A DNA stretch of 63,256 nucleotides, counting the filler, from Reticulomyxa filosa (taxonomy: Eukaryota > Protista > Foraminifera): the NCBI GenBank assembly GCA_000512085.1. It is 20 parts of 20 records of this genome, joined end to end, with 100 filler letters (N's around TTAATTAATTAA, not from the genome) between each part and the next. Parts side by side here need not be neighbours in the genome. Positions count along the whole stretch, not along the records: positions 38,137 to 43,118 come from ASPP01022478.1; positions 43,219 to 44,735 come from ASPP01011529.1; positions 44,836 to 56,102 come from ASPP01001605.1; 17 more parts are not named here. The stretch is one strand, 5' to 3'. Below the pieces are notes generated by a model that saw nothing but the letters and a program-made list of their open reading frames with translations, did not search any database and had not been told where the DNA came from. Position numbers and translations under genes: made by a program. Shown here in pieces: positions 38,137-50,627 of the stretch (position 1 is the first letter of the stretch; each line of letters opens with the position of its first letter).

Positions 38137-41100
38137 TCCTGAGTACGTTTGCGACTTTGGTTTTTAATCTGGGTATATTGATGATTTGAAGAATCGTTAG
38201 TACCGCCAGAGGTGAAAGCAAGTTCGCCAAGAAGAAAAAGATAACGTGGTATATCGTGCAAAGTGGGAGAAGTTGTGGTAAAACTCTGTCAACACAGCGG
38301 CAAACAAGAAGAAAAATGCTATTATGATGATGAATAGAAGAAAAAAATATTAAGTACGTATCACTTTGAATTTGTTTTTTTTTAAAAAATAACCAGTCAT
38401 ACGGATTTGTTGAGTTTGGCTATAGAATTATCCTTCATATCTAGAAACGCGCAAAGTCGCCACTCGCGGGCGTGAACCAACTTCCCATACCGCACATCAA
38501 TGGAAACTCTAAACGATTGCGACAATTTCAATCCGTGGCAGTTCGAAGCATTATAAAGAACGTTTGGCCACAAAAGTTTCTAGTGATAATGGTTGGCGCG
38601 GCACAGCGCCAAAAAAAGTGTCAAACTGGATCTATATGTGCCAATGAACAGTGAACACTTGATCGTTATGAAAATCGCTCTAATTCTGTTAACGCATAGA
38701 TTGACCACTCATGCCAACTTAGTGTGTGCGCACATCCACAACTTTGGATTTGGATCGTGCATGTACTTATGAAGAAACCTTGGGCTCGTGAAATATTTGA
38801 CATTGTTAATCGTTGAAGAAAGAGATTAGCTGCATTTTCCGAGTCCGTCACTGCAAGATATCTTTGCCTTGCGTTTGTCGAGCAAACGTCTGTTATCTTG
38901 CCAAACTGCCTCCGGGATCAGCCATGAACTACAGACGACGTGTTGGGTAGTACTCAAAAAAGCAAGAAATGGAAGACGAAGAAGGATAGAACATGGACAT
39001 TGTTAGAAAATAATCGACGTTGCGACCGGAGTAACCACTACATCGAGAGAATCATCATATGTAAGAGTGGTTCAATTAGTTGTGCCGAAACTCCAAGACA
39101 TCTGTAAGAAAGAAGAAAGATAATATCAAGTCTTATCAAGTTGGATTTGTTTAAAGGGAAAAAAAAAAGAAAGATTTGGCCGGCTTCATTGGAATTGGTA
39201 ATTGATTTGCTCTTTAGACTAACTTCAAATAGAGCTCTAATGGAAAGTATTCAACAAATATGGCAATGTCTAGCAGTGGTGGCACGAAGTATTGCAAAGA
39301 ACTTGTTTACAATCAACGTAAACAGACACAAGTCTCTGGCGCTGTGCCACGCCAACAATTAGCCGCAAAGATGGTGTCGATTTCGAGCTACTGGTTGGTG
39401 CTAACGAACGAACAATGAAAACTTGGTCGTAGTGGAAATATAGCGCTAATTTTATCAACTCGAACAATAATTGAAACTGGTTGTGTGCGTACGCACATGC
39501 GCAAGTTTTGGATTTGAATCGTGTGCGTGTTGATGTGAGGAATGGTAAACTCGCAGACAACATTGAGCATCAATGATTTGTGAATAGATAATGCTTGTTG
39601 CATTTTGCGACTCCATTACTGCAAGAACTGTGTGCATTGTGTTTATGTAACCAATACCTGTTATATTTACCGAACTGCCTACTGGATCGACTATTGACCA
39701 CTGGCGACGTATTGGATGGGCATTCAAGAAGCAAAAAAGAAGAATAACAGCAAATGCGTCAAAAAAAAAATACAAATGGTATCCTCCATCATCGTATCGC
39801 CAATACAAAAATTGTTGAATGCACGTATGTTAATGGATGCGAGAATTTCCAACCACGATCATTAGCCAAGGCCAAAGTATGTCTCCTATCACAAGGGCGA
39901 CGAGAACGAATAAATTTGGTATACTATTGAAATCGTGCAAAAAATTCTTACAGTTGAATCGCCGACGATCTGGATCTTGGCGCTGTTCGACTACAAAGGC
40001 AAGTTTGTCAAGAAGAAAGGAAGAAAAAAGACGTGATAATATCGCGCAAAATGAAAAAGAAATGACACCGATATTGCGGTATCGCAACGATAGCAGCGAC
40101 TGGATTGGCTGAAGAAATGCAAGGTAAAGAAGAAGTGGACGTTTAGGAAGTACGTAATCACACATGGCTGTCGAGTGAGCACACTCTCATATGGGACTAT
40201 TCTTCTCATATCGTGACTCAATTTGATGCAAAACTCCAAGCCAACATCACCAGCAAACAAGAGAGGAGGAGAATGATAAATAGAAAGAAGATTTCAAGGA
40301 TACCGCTTTGGATTTGTTTTAAAAAAAAGACCATCCGTCAACTTATTTTAGTTAGAAAATGGGTTATTCACACCGTCGAGTGACGGCTTTGCGCGCTTTT
40401 ATGCATGGACTAATTTCACATATTGCGCCCCCAAATGAAGCTTCTTAACTGGTGTGGCAATATTCAAACGCAGTACCATTGATACTTATGCTGGCAATGA
40501 AGAAACACAGTCCATACCCTCTTTCTCTTTTGTCAATGATTTCCACACATTGTACTGGTATTGTGTGCGCCAACTTTGGATACTGCTGCTGCATTCCACG
40601 ATTTGATTTCGTGCGCAATAAGAAGCTGATGTTATTGCGCATTTGTTACAAAAAGTAACAATATCGTGTAAGTCGATAATTGGATCGATCGTTCAAAAGT
40701 TGCTCCATTATTTAGCAACTTAAGAAAAATTGTGGATATTGACAATGTGCTGATGGTACTGGACCCTGCTGGGTGGATACATGAACAACATTTTATATCA
40801 GCAGTCGAGTTCCCTCATCTCATTTTCCAGTTGGTCATTTATGTGTACCTGTTTCACGTTCATGCTACTTGTCGTTGTAATTGTGTTTGGGTCCATTGCT
40901 TAAAAAAGTTTTTTATATACATTTTTTTTATACATATGTACATATTCAATAACTAATAGCAACACAACATCTGTATACGTATATTGGTTATTTATTTTTA
41001 TGTATGTGATTATGTTGCTTAAAATATTTTAATAGATATTCCAATGCGTATCAACGAAGTTTTGGAATGCAATGGATACTTTTTTGCTGTTTATATTGTC

Positions 41101-41640
41101 ATTGGTGCTGCAGCGAGTTCCCAGCAGTAATGATAATTGTAACGGCAACCCCAGCAATATCGATGGTTGCATACATAAAGCAAAAGTGGCAACATCATGG
41201 TCGAATTGCTGCCAATATGTCGTCGAATCATGGAAGCCTCACTACAACGCACGCATCTATCATTTCTCCAATAAATTTATTTGTTCATCATTGAACAAAT
41301 TTCTATTAATGATGGGGTGTAGCAAATATGGACTTGCTATTATGTTTGAGGTCCATACTGTGTTATGTGGCTCGTGATGGATTGAAAGTGATGAGCTGGT
41401 TTTTATCATGATTACATGCGCAACCTATTTCCAAGTTATAATGTTTTTTTGTAATGTGATTGAAATATGTAGACAATACACATGTATATAACATAGATCT
41501 CCAAAGCATACAATATCTGTCTATCAAGAAATTGGAACGTCTCTGTGGTGGTTGCGGTGTCAAGCAAGAGTAAAGCGAAGTGCAAACAACATCAAACTGT
41601 GGGATATTTAATCGCAAGTATTTAATACTTGCCTCAAATT
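38137..41640 (+). pseudogene. Long degraded coding-like region, family not identified
   Basis: Higher GC than intergenic DNA, exon-like blocks with intron-like gaps, no long open frame. Confidence 0.3.
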
Positions 41641-42039
41641 TTTTTTGATTGGAAAAAGTTGCTTTTTGTTGTGAATTGTACTTTCTTTTGCTTTTCTTTT
41701 AATAACAATTTTAGTGTCCCACCTCCAGCTCACTTGAAATATTTTATCAAATTGTACTCGTCTTAAAAAATTAAAAAATTTCTGAACTTAATATTTTAAA
41801 TCTAAAAGAAAGCGCGTTAGACTAAAATAGAAATTGATTCTTGCAACTAGGAGTAGATAAAAAGAAGAATACGTATAACAGAAAGAAACAAGAAGACGAA
41901 AAAGAAAAGAACTTGCATTGCAAGCGTTTTTATATACAAGTAATGTAAGAAAACCGTGTTTTCCTCCATGCTCAGCTTTTTTTATTTTTTCAAAGGCTTC
42001 ACAATTGTTCTTGGCCAGGTATTTATTTATTTTTTAAAT

Positions 42040-42977
42040 ATTCATGAAATTTGGGACCTCCAAATGCAAGTTTCAGTTCAATTTCACCAATAAGTTTGAA
42101 GGTGTTGCCACAAGCCCGAACAGCCTCAACAATGGTGGATGTATACATTAGTTCCAACTCTGGCATCGCTTTAGTCGCCTTGCTGCGCACAGTGTTCTCT
42201 CAAGAAAGTGCCTCCAATGGCTCTATTCTCGTATTCGGAGTATGTCGAAAATGGTGTTCACGCCAGCAATCAAAACTTCCTTTTTTTATTATTTAAAAAA
42301 AAAGCAAGAGTATATACGCGTACATAATACAAATATATTTATGTATTATACGCACAATGATCTTTTTCAGCTAGCAAAATACAAGACTGGAAAGGGACAG
42401 AAATATTTTGGGCCAGATTGAGACTTCAAACATTAACAGGCTCCGTTGTTTTATCTTTGAAATAGAGTGGTTTAAGATAAGTGCTTTTCAAAAAATTGAC
42501 AAACATTTGCCACCATCACTCATTGCCAAACCATTGTTATTCCGTGAATTTTTTATGTTGCATTTATATTTACGTTTTTGCAATGGTTTCGCCGTTTTCA
42601 CTTTGGTTTTCAATGCAAACACCAACTGATTCAAAGTATATGTTGTCTTCCGCCTCTTTTCTTGGCTTCACAAATGCTGTTTCCATTGCTTCAATACCCG
42701 TTGGTTCATTTTGTGCTCTCTTTTTGCTCGCTGTAAATCATCTCTTGCACTTGTCCATCCTTTCGCTTTGCATCCGTTTTTTTCTCGACCCCATATAAGT
42801 CTTGTGTTGAGAGAAATTCTTGATATGCCTTCGGTCACTTGCTGCCAAGTCATTCAAAAATTGCCGTAAGTCCGTGCAATACTCTCTTAGTTTTGCTGTC
42901 AAAAAAGATTGGGTAAGACAGTTACTGCAGGCTTTCTGCTGATGATCTGTTTTCTTAATGCTCAATAGATTTTCCAT
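42040..42977 (-). pseudogene. Decayed HEAT-repeat gene, possibly condensin Cap-G/Cnd3-like
   Basis: SLNLAQNISVPFQSCILLAEKD / EVLIAGVNTIFDIL resembles the Cnd3 region. In-frame stops present. Confidence 0.25.
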
Positions 42978-43409
42978 GGCGATATTTGGTTTTTTTCGAA
43001 AATATTGTGTTGATCTCTTTCATGTCTTGGTCATTCCCAAGCAAAATAAAAGATTTATACGTTGTGATGACAACATAGCAAAAAAATAAATAATAAATGA
43101 AAATAAGACATTGCTAGTNNNNNNNNNNNNNNNNNNNNNNNNNNNNNNNNNNNNNNNNNNNNTTAATTAATTAANNNNNNNNNNNNNNNNNNNNNNNNNN
43201 NNNNNNNNNNNNNNNNNNTTTTGATCTGAGGTGTACATTTTTTTTTTTTTTTTTTGGTCTGTTGTTATTGGACAAAGGGGGCGCCTTATTTTTGCTGCTT
43301 TATTGCTTCAATATTGTCTTGTTTCTTTCGCTCCCTTGGAGCGCAAACACTTCCATGCATTTCTTTCTTTGTTCCGGTATCTCTGTAATTATACGCTGGA
43401 GCACACTTG

Positions 43410-43790
43410 CTTGTTCATTGATCGTCTCGAATGTGGAGACTAACAAACAAATTCACTTATTCAATGGGCGCTCAATTATGTGAAATTTTCGCAATATCAC
43501 AACTATAGTAATAATCGTAATGTATTTACTTTTTATCATTTGATAATACTATCGTTTATGATGTGTTGAAACATCCAAACAATTGCATGTCTCAATGAAC
43601 ATGTAAATTGATGGATACTTCCCCATTGCAAAGCACAGTAATAAAAGCAATGGTATTTGTGTGCTTGGTAATGGATATACCATTTGCTACTGATTATGGA
43701 ATAATATCATTTGTATAGTACGTTGAGAAAACAAATAACTTGTTGTATTCAAAGGACATGAAAACACAGTGTATTGCAATTATTTTACTT
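43410..43790 (+). pseudogene. WD40-repeat remnant
   Basis: NVETNKQIHLFNG, VKFSQYHNYSNNRNV, SFDNTI, SPLQS, GNGYTIC and VFKGHENTV fragments in shifting frames. Confidence 0.65.
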
Positions 43791-44874
43791 TTTTAATGAT
43801 ATTCTACGCTTTTTTAGAAATTATCTTAAGATAGAATTAAAAGATTTTTTAACAATAGAAGATAATTGCTCGAATGGAAGCATCAGGGATATAAGCAAAG
43901 ACAGAGCAAACAAGTGTACGCACAAGTCATAATAATTTCAAATAACCCAATGTGCGGTCACAAATCAAATGAATATAAATGACAAAAATGGCAGTAAAAA
44001 GTATTTAAAAACGAAGCACAAATAAACAATAACAAATACAGTTAACAGTACATACAAACTAGCAATGAAAAAAAAATTATTTTAACATCATTTATCAATT
44101 TTGCAAAAAAAGCTTTATTTAGAATATGTTGAAGACAAAAGCAACTAGATACAGCAACAGATAGCAATATACTCAAGAATTTTGAAATTACTTTAAAGAT
44201 TTTCAACTGTTTCGTCCTGTGCAAAGTTCGTGACGAAAGCATATCAAGACAATATTCAAAGAAAGAAGCTACTAAAAATTTTTTTTACAGTAAATTTTTC
44301 ATAATAATATAAACTTTAGTTGAAAATATCATATATAGTATATTACAATATATATGCCAACTACTCAACTAGTCAAACGAATATGTTGTAAACAGTAAGC
44401 TTGGCAGAATGTCAATAACAAGTAAAAATAGCAAATAAAATTTAGCCAAGTAACTTCAAACCTTTTTTGGTTATGATAATGTTTAAATTCAGCATTCTTA
44501 ATTTGTTGAAAGAATTAAATTGAATTTCAATATTTTATTAAAGTTCAACAATTCTTAAATAATGACTAGTGTTATTCTACTGTAATTCACACTTACTATC
44601 GACAGTGAATATCAAAAATGGTTTTACCAACTGTTGATTGGTATACAGTAGGTTGCAAAGAAAACTGAACGCCTAAAACATATCTTATGATGATAATTGA
44701 TTTTCTCCATGAAAAATCAACATTTAAACCTAATTNNNNNNNNNNNNNNNNNNNNNNNNNNNNNNNNNNNNNNNNNNNNTTAATTAATTAANNNNNNNNN
44801 NNNNNNNNNNNNNNNNNNNNNNNNNNNNNNNNNNNTTTTTTTTTTTTTTTTTTTTTTTTTTTCTTTGTTTGTAC

Positions 44875-45878
44875 CTTGATTTCTGGATCTGGCATTGCAT
44901 AAAGCATAATATTCCTCGGATTCTCTTCGACCACGATCATTGGCATTGTTGCTGGAGTAAGTGCTCGTAACTGAACTTGAAGTTAAAGTTGGGGCGTCAG
45001 GGGTGTTTGTGTTACCACCATTGTACAATTCCACTCGCAAACCATGCTGACGCATTGTCGCTGCTAGTTGCTGTATATTTGTTCGGTTCAAATTGAAAGT
45101 ATACGTTTCTAAGAGGGGGGGCTGTTTTTTTTTTCTCTCTTGAGCCTTAACTGGAGTAACGGCACCATTAGAAAATGAAGATACACTGTTTCCTGGGCCA
45201 AACTCTCCATCAGTTCCTGCACTGGTCCCACGTGGGAACGTGTCGCAGATGAACTGCAAAATTATTGCTGTATTCTCTTTTGAATTTCCGGTACCATGCT
45301 GTTTTACCAATAATAAATAAATAAAAAGTTGGTGTTGTCTCAACTTAAAAATTTTGGCTCAAAAAAAAAAATTTAAAAAACTTTTTCGAACAGATATACG
45401 TGTAAACAATCCCAACAAAAAAAAAAGAATTGAAATAACCTGATTGGTCCAAGTTACACTAAGTTGGGACTGCTCGAAATATAGCTGTACAAAACATGAA
45501 ATACATAAAAAGTCTGCAATTTGTGCTCACTTGTATACGTGCTGTCAAATACTGTACACAAAGAGAATATTTAAAAAATATTTCTGTTACCATTTCGTAT
45601 TGCTTTTGCAAATCACCGGCCGTGTTTAAAAAGCGGAAATCATACATTTCGGTTGGTGTTGCCATCCAGTCATTCGCTGTGAATCCATTTACTGGGTCCA
45701 AATCACCTACGTTGTATCCACCGCGGTTGTTGTTTTGTGAATCGAACAACCTGTTTTCGTTGTCACGAGCCGCGGCTTGCTCATTTAACCTATTGTTTGA
45801 TCCTTTGGGAAGATGCAGATACGAATCTGCGTTTACGGTGGCTAACAGCGCCACAACACCGGCTAAAGAATACAACAT
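44875..45878 (-). CDS. DD3-3-like secreted protein (Dictyostelium DD3-3 family); 3'-truncated
   Basis: Signal peptide, then YLHLPKGSNNRLNEQ...NRLFDSQNNNRGGYNVGD, VTWTN|QHG, IILQFIC, GRRESEEYYALCNARSRNQG. Confidence 0.85.
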
Positions 45879-47188
45879 TAAATCTCTGCGATCGTTTCGA
45901 ATGATACAAAAAGAAGAACAATCTTAAAAAAATAAAGTGAAGTTTTCAAGGTTTTTTCTGTTGTTTCGGGCTTGTGCGCGTACTACTGTCAAGTAGCCAC
46001 AAATTACAATCAACTCAATTATAGCACCTCTCTAACTTCTCTTTGAAGACATTGCTCTTTCTTTGTATTCGTAAGTAGCCTAAATTAAATTACGTGTATA
46101 TTATTTAGGAAGGCAGCAAGAAGGATCGAAATAATATAGTGCACAAATTGAGTTTTACAAGGATGCGGCATTGAGTACAAAGAGAAAGACGCAATTACAT
46201 GCATGGAAACAAAAAATGAATCATCATTTATTACTTAATTTAGATGTTATTTTATATCATATCACGAAAGAAGTTAAAAGTATTGCACTTTTCCAATGCT
46301 ATTGGGTCTTTTTCAATTTATCTGCAGACCTCTACACTGCTTCACTCTCTTTTGTACTTTTCAGTATTTCGGGCTATTTTTGAGTTCCACGAATTAGCTC
46401 TATTGTTCTTCGTTTAGGTGCAAGACTTCTCACGGGCGAGTTCTTTACATCAATTCTTTTGCACAGAACAGTTGACTTTCAACAACTTCGAGTGCTCCGT
46501 TTCAAACGATATCCGCAATATCTTTAATGTTGAGAGACTTCGTTAAAATGGACTTCTTCAAACAGTTCACATTTCTGTGTTCATCAGTTTTTCTCCCTAC
46601 AATTTCGAACAAAGGATAATACCAAGTCTTTTGTTGGAACAAAGCGAGTTTAGAGTGAGCGAAAAGAGGCCAATTCATTGTGTTGACGTATATTTTTTAT
46701 ATCCTTCATGTTTTTAGATGTACATACACACATAGTCTGTTTTTTTTCCCATGTGGTTTTAATATTATTAGTCCTAAATAGTTAAGGTTGGAATTAAGAT
46801 TGGATAGAGAAAGGAGTTACAAAAAAAGAGAAAATGTTACTGAATTTATCTTCAAAAACAACAAGCCCATATTTATTAAAATGCAAACTATTATATGGAG
46901 CGCAATATTCAAACACAAGCGGAAAATGTGCCAACCTTGCGACAGAAACGTAGTCAAAAATTATGAAGTTGATGTTTATATTCAACTGACTTTAACTTCT
47001 GTGATCTATTGTATAGTTTTTTTTTACACTCAATTTTACTATTGTGCAAAAAATTGTTATGCAGAAATATTTTTCATCTGTCTGACTTTTTCTTTTTGAG
47101 ATAAAAGGGTGACAATTTTTCACCAATTAAATAAAATCCATAATTTTAGAAAACAATTACCCACAAAATTTAATTGAATTGATTAAAT

Positions 47189-47655
47189 TTAGGACGAGTT
47201 CACTTTTTCTTTTGGGGGAGAAGAATGTTGTAAGACAATCTTAGGCCGTTGAGTAAACACATACTTATTTCGTACCACTCCTAAAATTTGCAGCTCTCGC
47301 TTTCCGTCTATTGAATATGCACATTTTAAGATAATTAAAAATCTTTTTTTTTCTCTTTTTGTACCTGATGTACAAACTCCTTTGTTGGAGCTGATCAGCA
47401 AAGGTTTTTCCATTTTTTGAAGTTTACCGGTTAGTACTGCATTTCCGATGGTTACTCTGGCTGTGCCCTGTAGCACAATCCACATTGTTGTGTTTCCCTC
47501 GGTATTAAAAAAACTTAACATCTTCATCAATTATCATATCTCCCAATGTTAGCCCTTGCAATGTCGTACTTATTGGCGAAGACAAATTTCCTTGCAACTC
47601 TACAATGCACCATTCGTTTGGGGTCTTGTCGTCAGTTGATCGCAATAGTATCTGA
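47189..47655 (-). CDS. CTF8: Chromosome transmission fidelity protein 8 (Ctf18-RFC subunit); start codon unresolved
   Basis: EWCIVELQGNL...LGDM, VTIGNAVLTGKLQKMEKPLLI, LQILGVVRNKYVFTQRPK across GT-AG introns. Confidence 0.8.
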
Positions 47656-48581
47656 TTTGATGTTCAAAATTGTTGTAGTGTCAATAAAAGTATTCCAAAC
47701 AAATCAGACAAAGAAGCATCACGAAGCTCTCATCAGTACAATATCTCTTCACCAAATCTTATCCACTTAATCAATTATAAGAGCTAGCCTTGGACAGCAC
47801 TTCCCTTTTTTAAACAGAATTTGCAGACTGTAAACTTGCCACTAATCACAAGAAAGCCGATTTATCATATGTCGAATTAGTATTATGTGCAAATATATTA
47901 AATGAAACTGTTTGTCTTATCTCGCTGTGAAACACTTCTCAAAGAAACAACTTCAAAATAAATCAAAATGACAAATAATATACCGCAAAGATTTTTAATT
48001 TATCAAAATAGATATTGACAAATTCCAGAAGTCATTCATTTTTGTTTGTTTCAGTGTGTTTTTTTAGCCAAAGAATTCTTTTTACAAAATTAATTGAACA
48101 ACACTTCTTTTGTTTTTCTTGGGGACATTGTAGAGAACCTGGAGCGGAAAAGCACGTTTTAAGAAAGTAAGAATGCGTTTTTGAAACTTAAATTAAAAAA
48201 AAAACAACTTTGTATATTTGGAGTCATACTGACTCCACTGTGACGTAAGTAGTCTCACTACAACATTACTAGAAGAACGGATATGTTTGTCAGAATTTTT
48301 AAATATTCAGCCTTATTTATGTAGGAACTTCAAATAAAACCCTTTTTATGGAAGAGTGCATCTTATGTTGTTTGGGTTTTTAGTTAGAGCTTTCTTAAGT
48401 TGTTTGTTCCATTATCGAACAAAAATAACGTCCTACTATTTTTAATCTAAAATTTAAGATGTAATTTCATTAGAAAACAATCTTAAGAAAAAGACAAGCT
48501 TCAACAAAAGCAATACTTTTGAGCCTTTTTAAAGAGCTTACTTTAAAAAGGAGGAACATAAAAAATTAAGAAAAGAAGATC

Positions 48582-50284
48582 ATGTCCACTTCTCAAGCAG
48601 ATTTGGAAAAAGAATTTCAACAGCATAATTGGAATGAAGATAAAGAATGGCAAAATATTGTAAGCAACATGGATTTTCCTCCGAATTATGACGAACCAAA
48701 AAAAGAGGAGTTTTTATTGAAGCGAAAGCGCAAATATTATCGAGAAAAAGTGGTAAGTGGATTTTTCAGTATCATCTCTGTTTCTTTTTTATCTCAAACA
48801 TGTGTTGAAGCATATTGATTTTGTGTGTAACTGACAGAATCGTTCTTATGTCCCTCCTCCTGAGTTAATTAACATTACATCCAAAGCAAGTTTTTGTTGC
48901 ATGGCACATACTTGGCAACAAAATGTCTTTTTTTTTTTTTTGCGTTTGTGTATTTTCCTGCGAAAAAGCGTGTGCGTGTATGAATGAAAATAAATGCAGG
49001 ACGTCAAGCACACCAAAAAGGAGTACTCCTCGTGTTGTAGAGGAGCCAGCAGACAACAGTCGAAATACGTACGAACAAAGACCGAATGGCTCATCTTCAC
49101 GCAGCGAATCGAATACAAGGAGCACAGGACCGAAGACAACCTCAAATAATCGCTCAAGCAAGATTTCTCCATGTTTTGTACAATGATGTATTGCGTTGTT
49201 TTTTCTCTTTCCGAATCCCTTATATTTTGTTCCTCTTTTGCGAGATCTGCAAAAAAAAAAAACGTGCGGACTTTGCGTGGGGGGGGGGGCAATCAGCTTC
49301 ACTTTTCCAAAGAGCGTTAAATTCATTTTTTTTGGCATCTCAATGGCTGTTTCTCGTCTTGGGTCTATTGTCGGTGATTGTTCCAGGATTGTATTACCGT
49401 GCTGTCTTGCTTATCGCTCTTGTGCATATTGTAGCATTAGTTCAAAATACAGGAGTTAAGCTGTTGAGAGGGCCCTTTTTTTTAAAAAAAAAAAAAAAGA
49501 GGGAACCAAAGAGTTCGAAATGGAGTAAAAAGAAAGAAGAAGAATGATAACAAATTATTATTGTTTAACAAAAAAAAAAAGCGTCCTAAATTTGACCGTA
49601 ATTATGTGGAACTAATATTCCGTGATGAGAACTCGCTGATTGCATTCCAAGCTGGGACACTTTTACTTGGACCACCGTCGATGTTACTTATTAGCCCCAA
49701 TTTACTACGATCATTGTATATGGGCTCACATTTGCTGAGCATGATGTTAGACAATTCAACTGGTCTTTACGGCAAAATTAATGCTGTTTTGAATCCCTAT
49801 CTGGTCAAAGTCACTTCCCAGCTTGCATGGTTTACCAATTCCATTGCGTTGCTGGAAGTCTGCGTTGGCATTTATTTGATTTTCTGTCTTTTGTTTAGTT
49901 GTTCATCCAAAACAAATAACATAAGAAGAAAAGTGAGGGAGGAAGAGAGGAGGAGAGAAAAAGGAATTTCTTTTACAACATTGGATTTTATTTAAATAAC
50001 ATTGTTTGTTGTGATCTTTGACGGTGCTCCAAATTAGCATAACAAGGGCTTTCATGACAGTGATATTGTATTGGCAGATACTCAGCACTAAATACATGTT
50101 GAATCCGAACATTAGATATGCCTTTACTCAGATCAATCAAATGATTGAGGGCAATTTGCAAAGAGTTCCGCCAGTGCTCAACATCTATCGAAAAATAACC
50201 GGTTATATGTATTCGATGGTTGATCCACAACAGATCGCAGCTAGACAAGCTCAAAGTGGAACACGAAATTGTGTTATTATGTGA
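48582..50284 (+). CDS. TMEM33/Pom33 (UPF0121)-like membrane protein with extra N-terminal domain and C-terminal CaaX
   Basis: Several hydrophobic segments; LYWQILSTKYMLNPNIRYAFTQINQMIE...PPVLNIYRKI; N-terminal FQQHNWNEDKEWQ...KRKRKYYREKV; ends RNCVIM*. Confidence 0.7.
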
Positions 50285-50627
50285 TCTTGTTTTATTTGCC
50301 CCACAACAAACAGAAATAATTTTTTTTGAGGAGCTAAAAATTTATGAATAAAACATGTTTTTTTTTTAGCAGAGGCAATTTTGGGTTACCCAAATGGATG
50401 TGTTTTGTTGTGAGATTGCCGAAAACAAATCACTTTTGAGAGCTTCCTAGAAAAAAAAACAATTTACATGGCTGTTTCTGTTTCAAGCAACTAATTGGTA
50501 GCCAAAAGTCTTGCATTTTCTGCTCAATCGATTATGAATTTTCTGCCACAGTTAAAAAAAAAAGACGCTTGCTCCCCCCAGAAATCAATTCTCTAATTCG
50601 TTCTGGAACAACATTTCTAATATCGGC

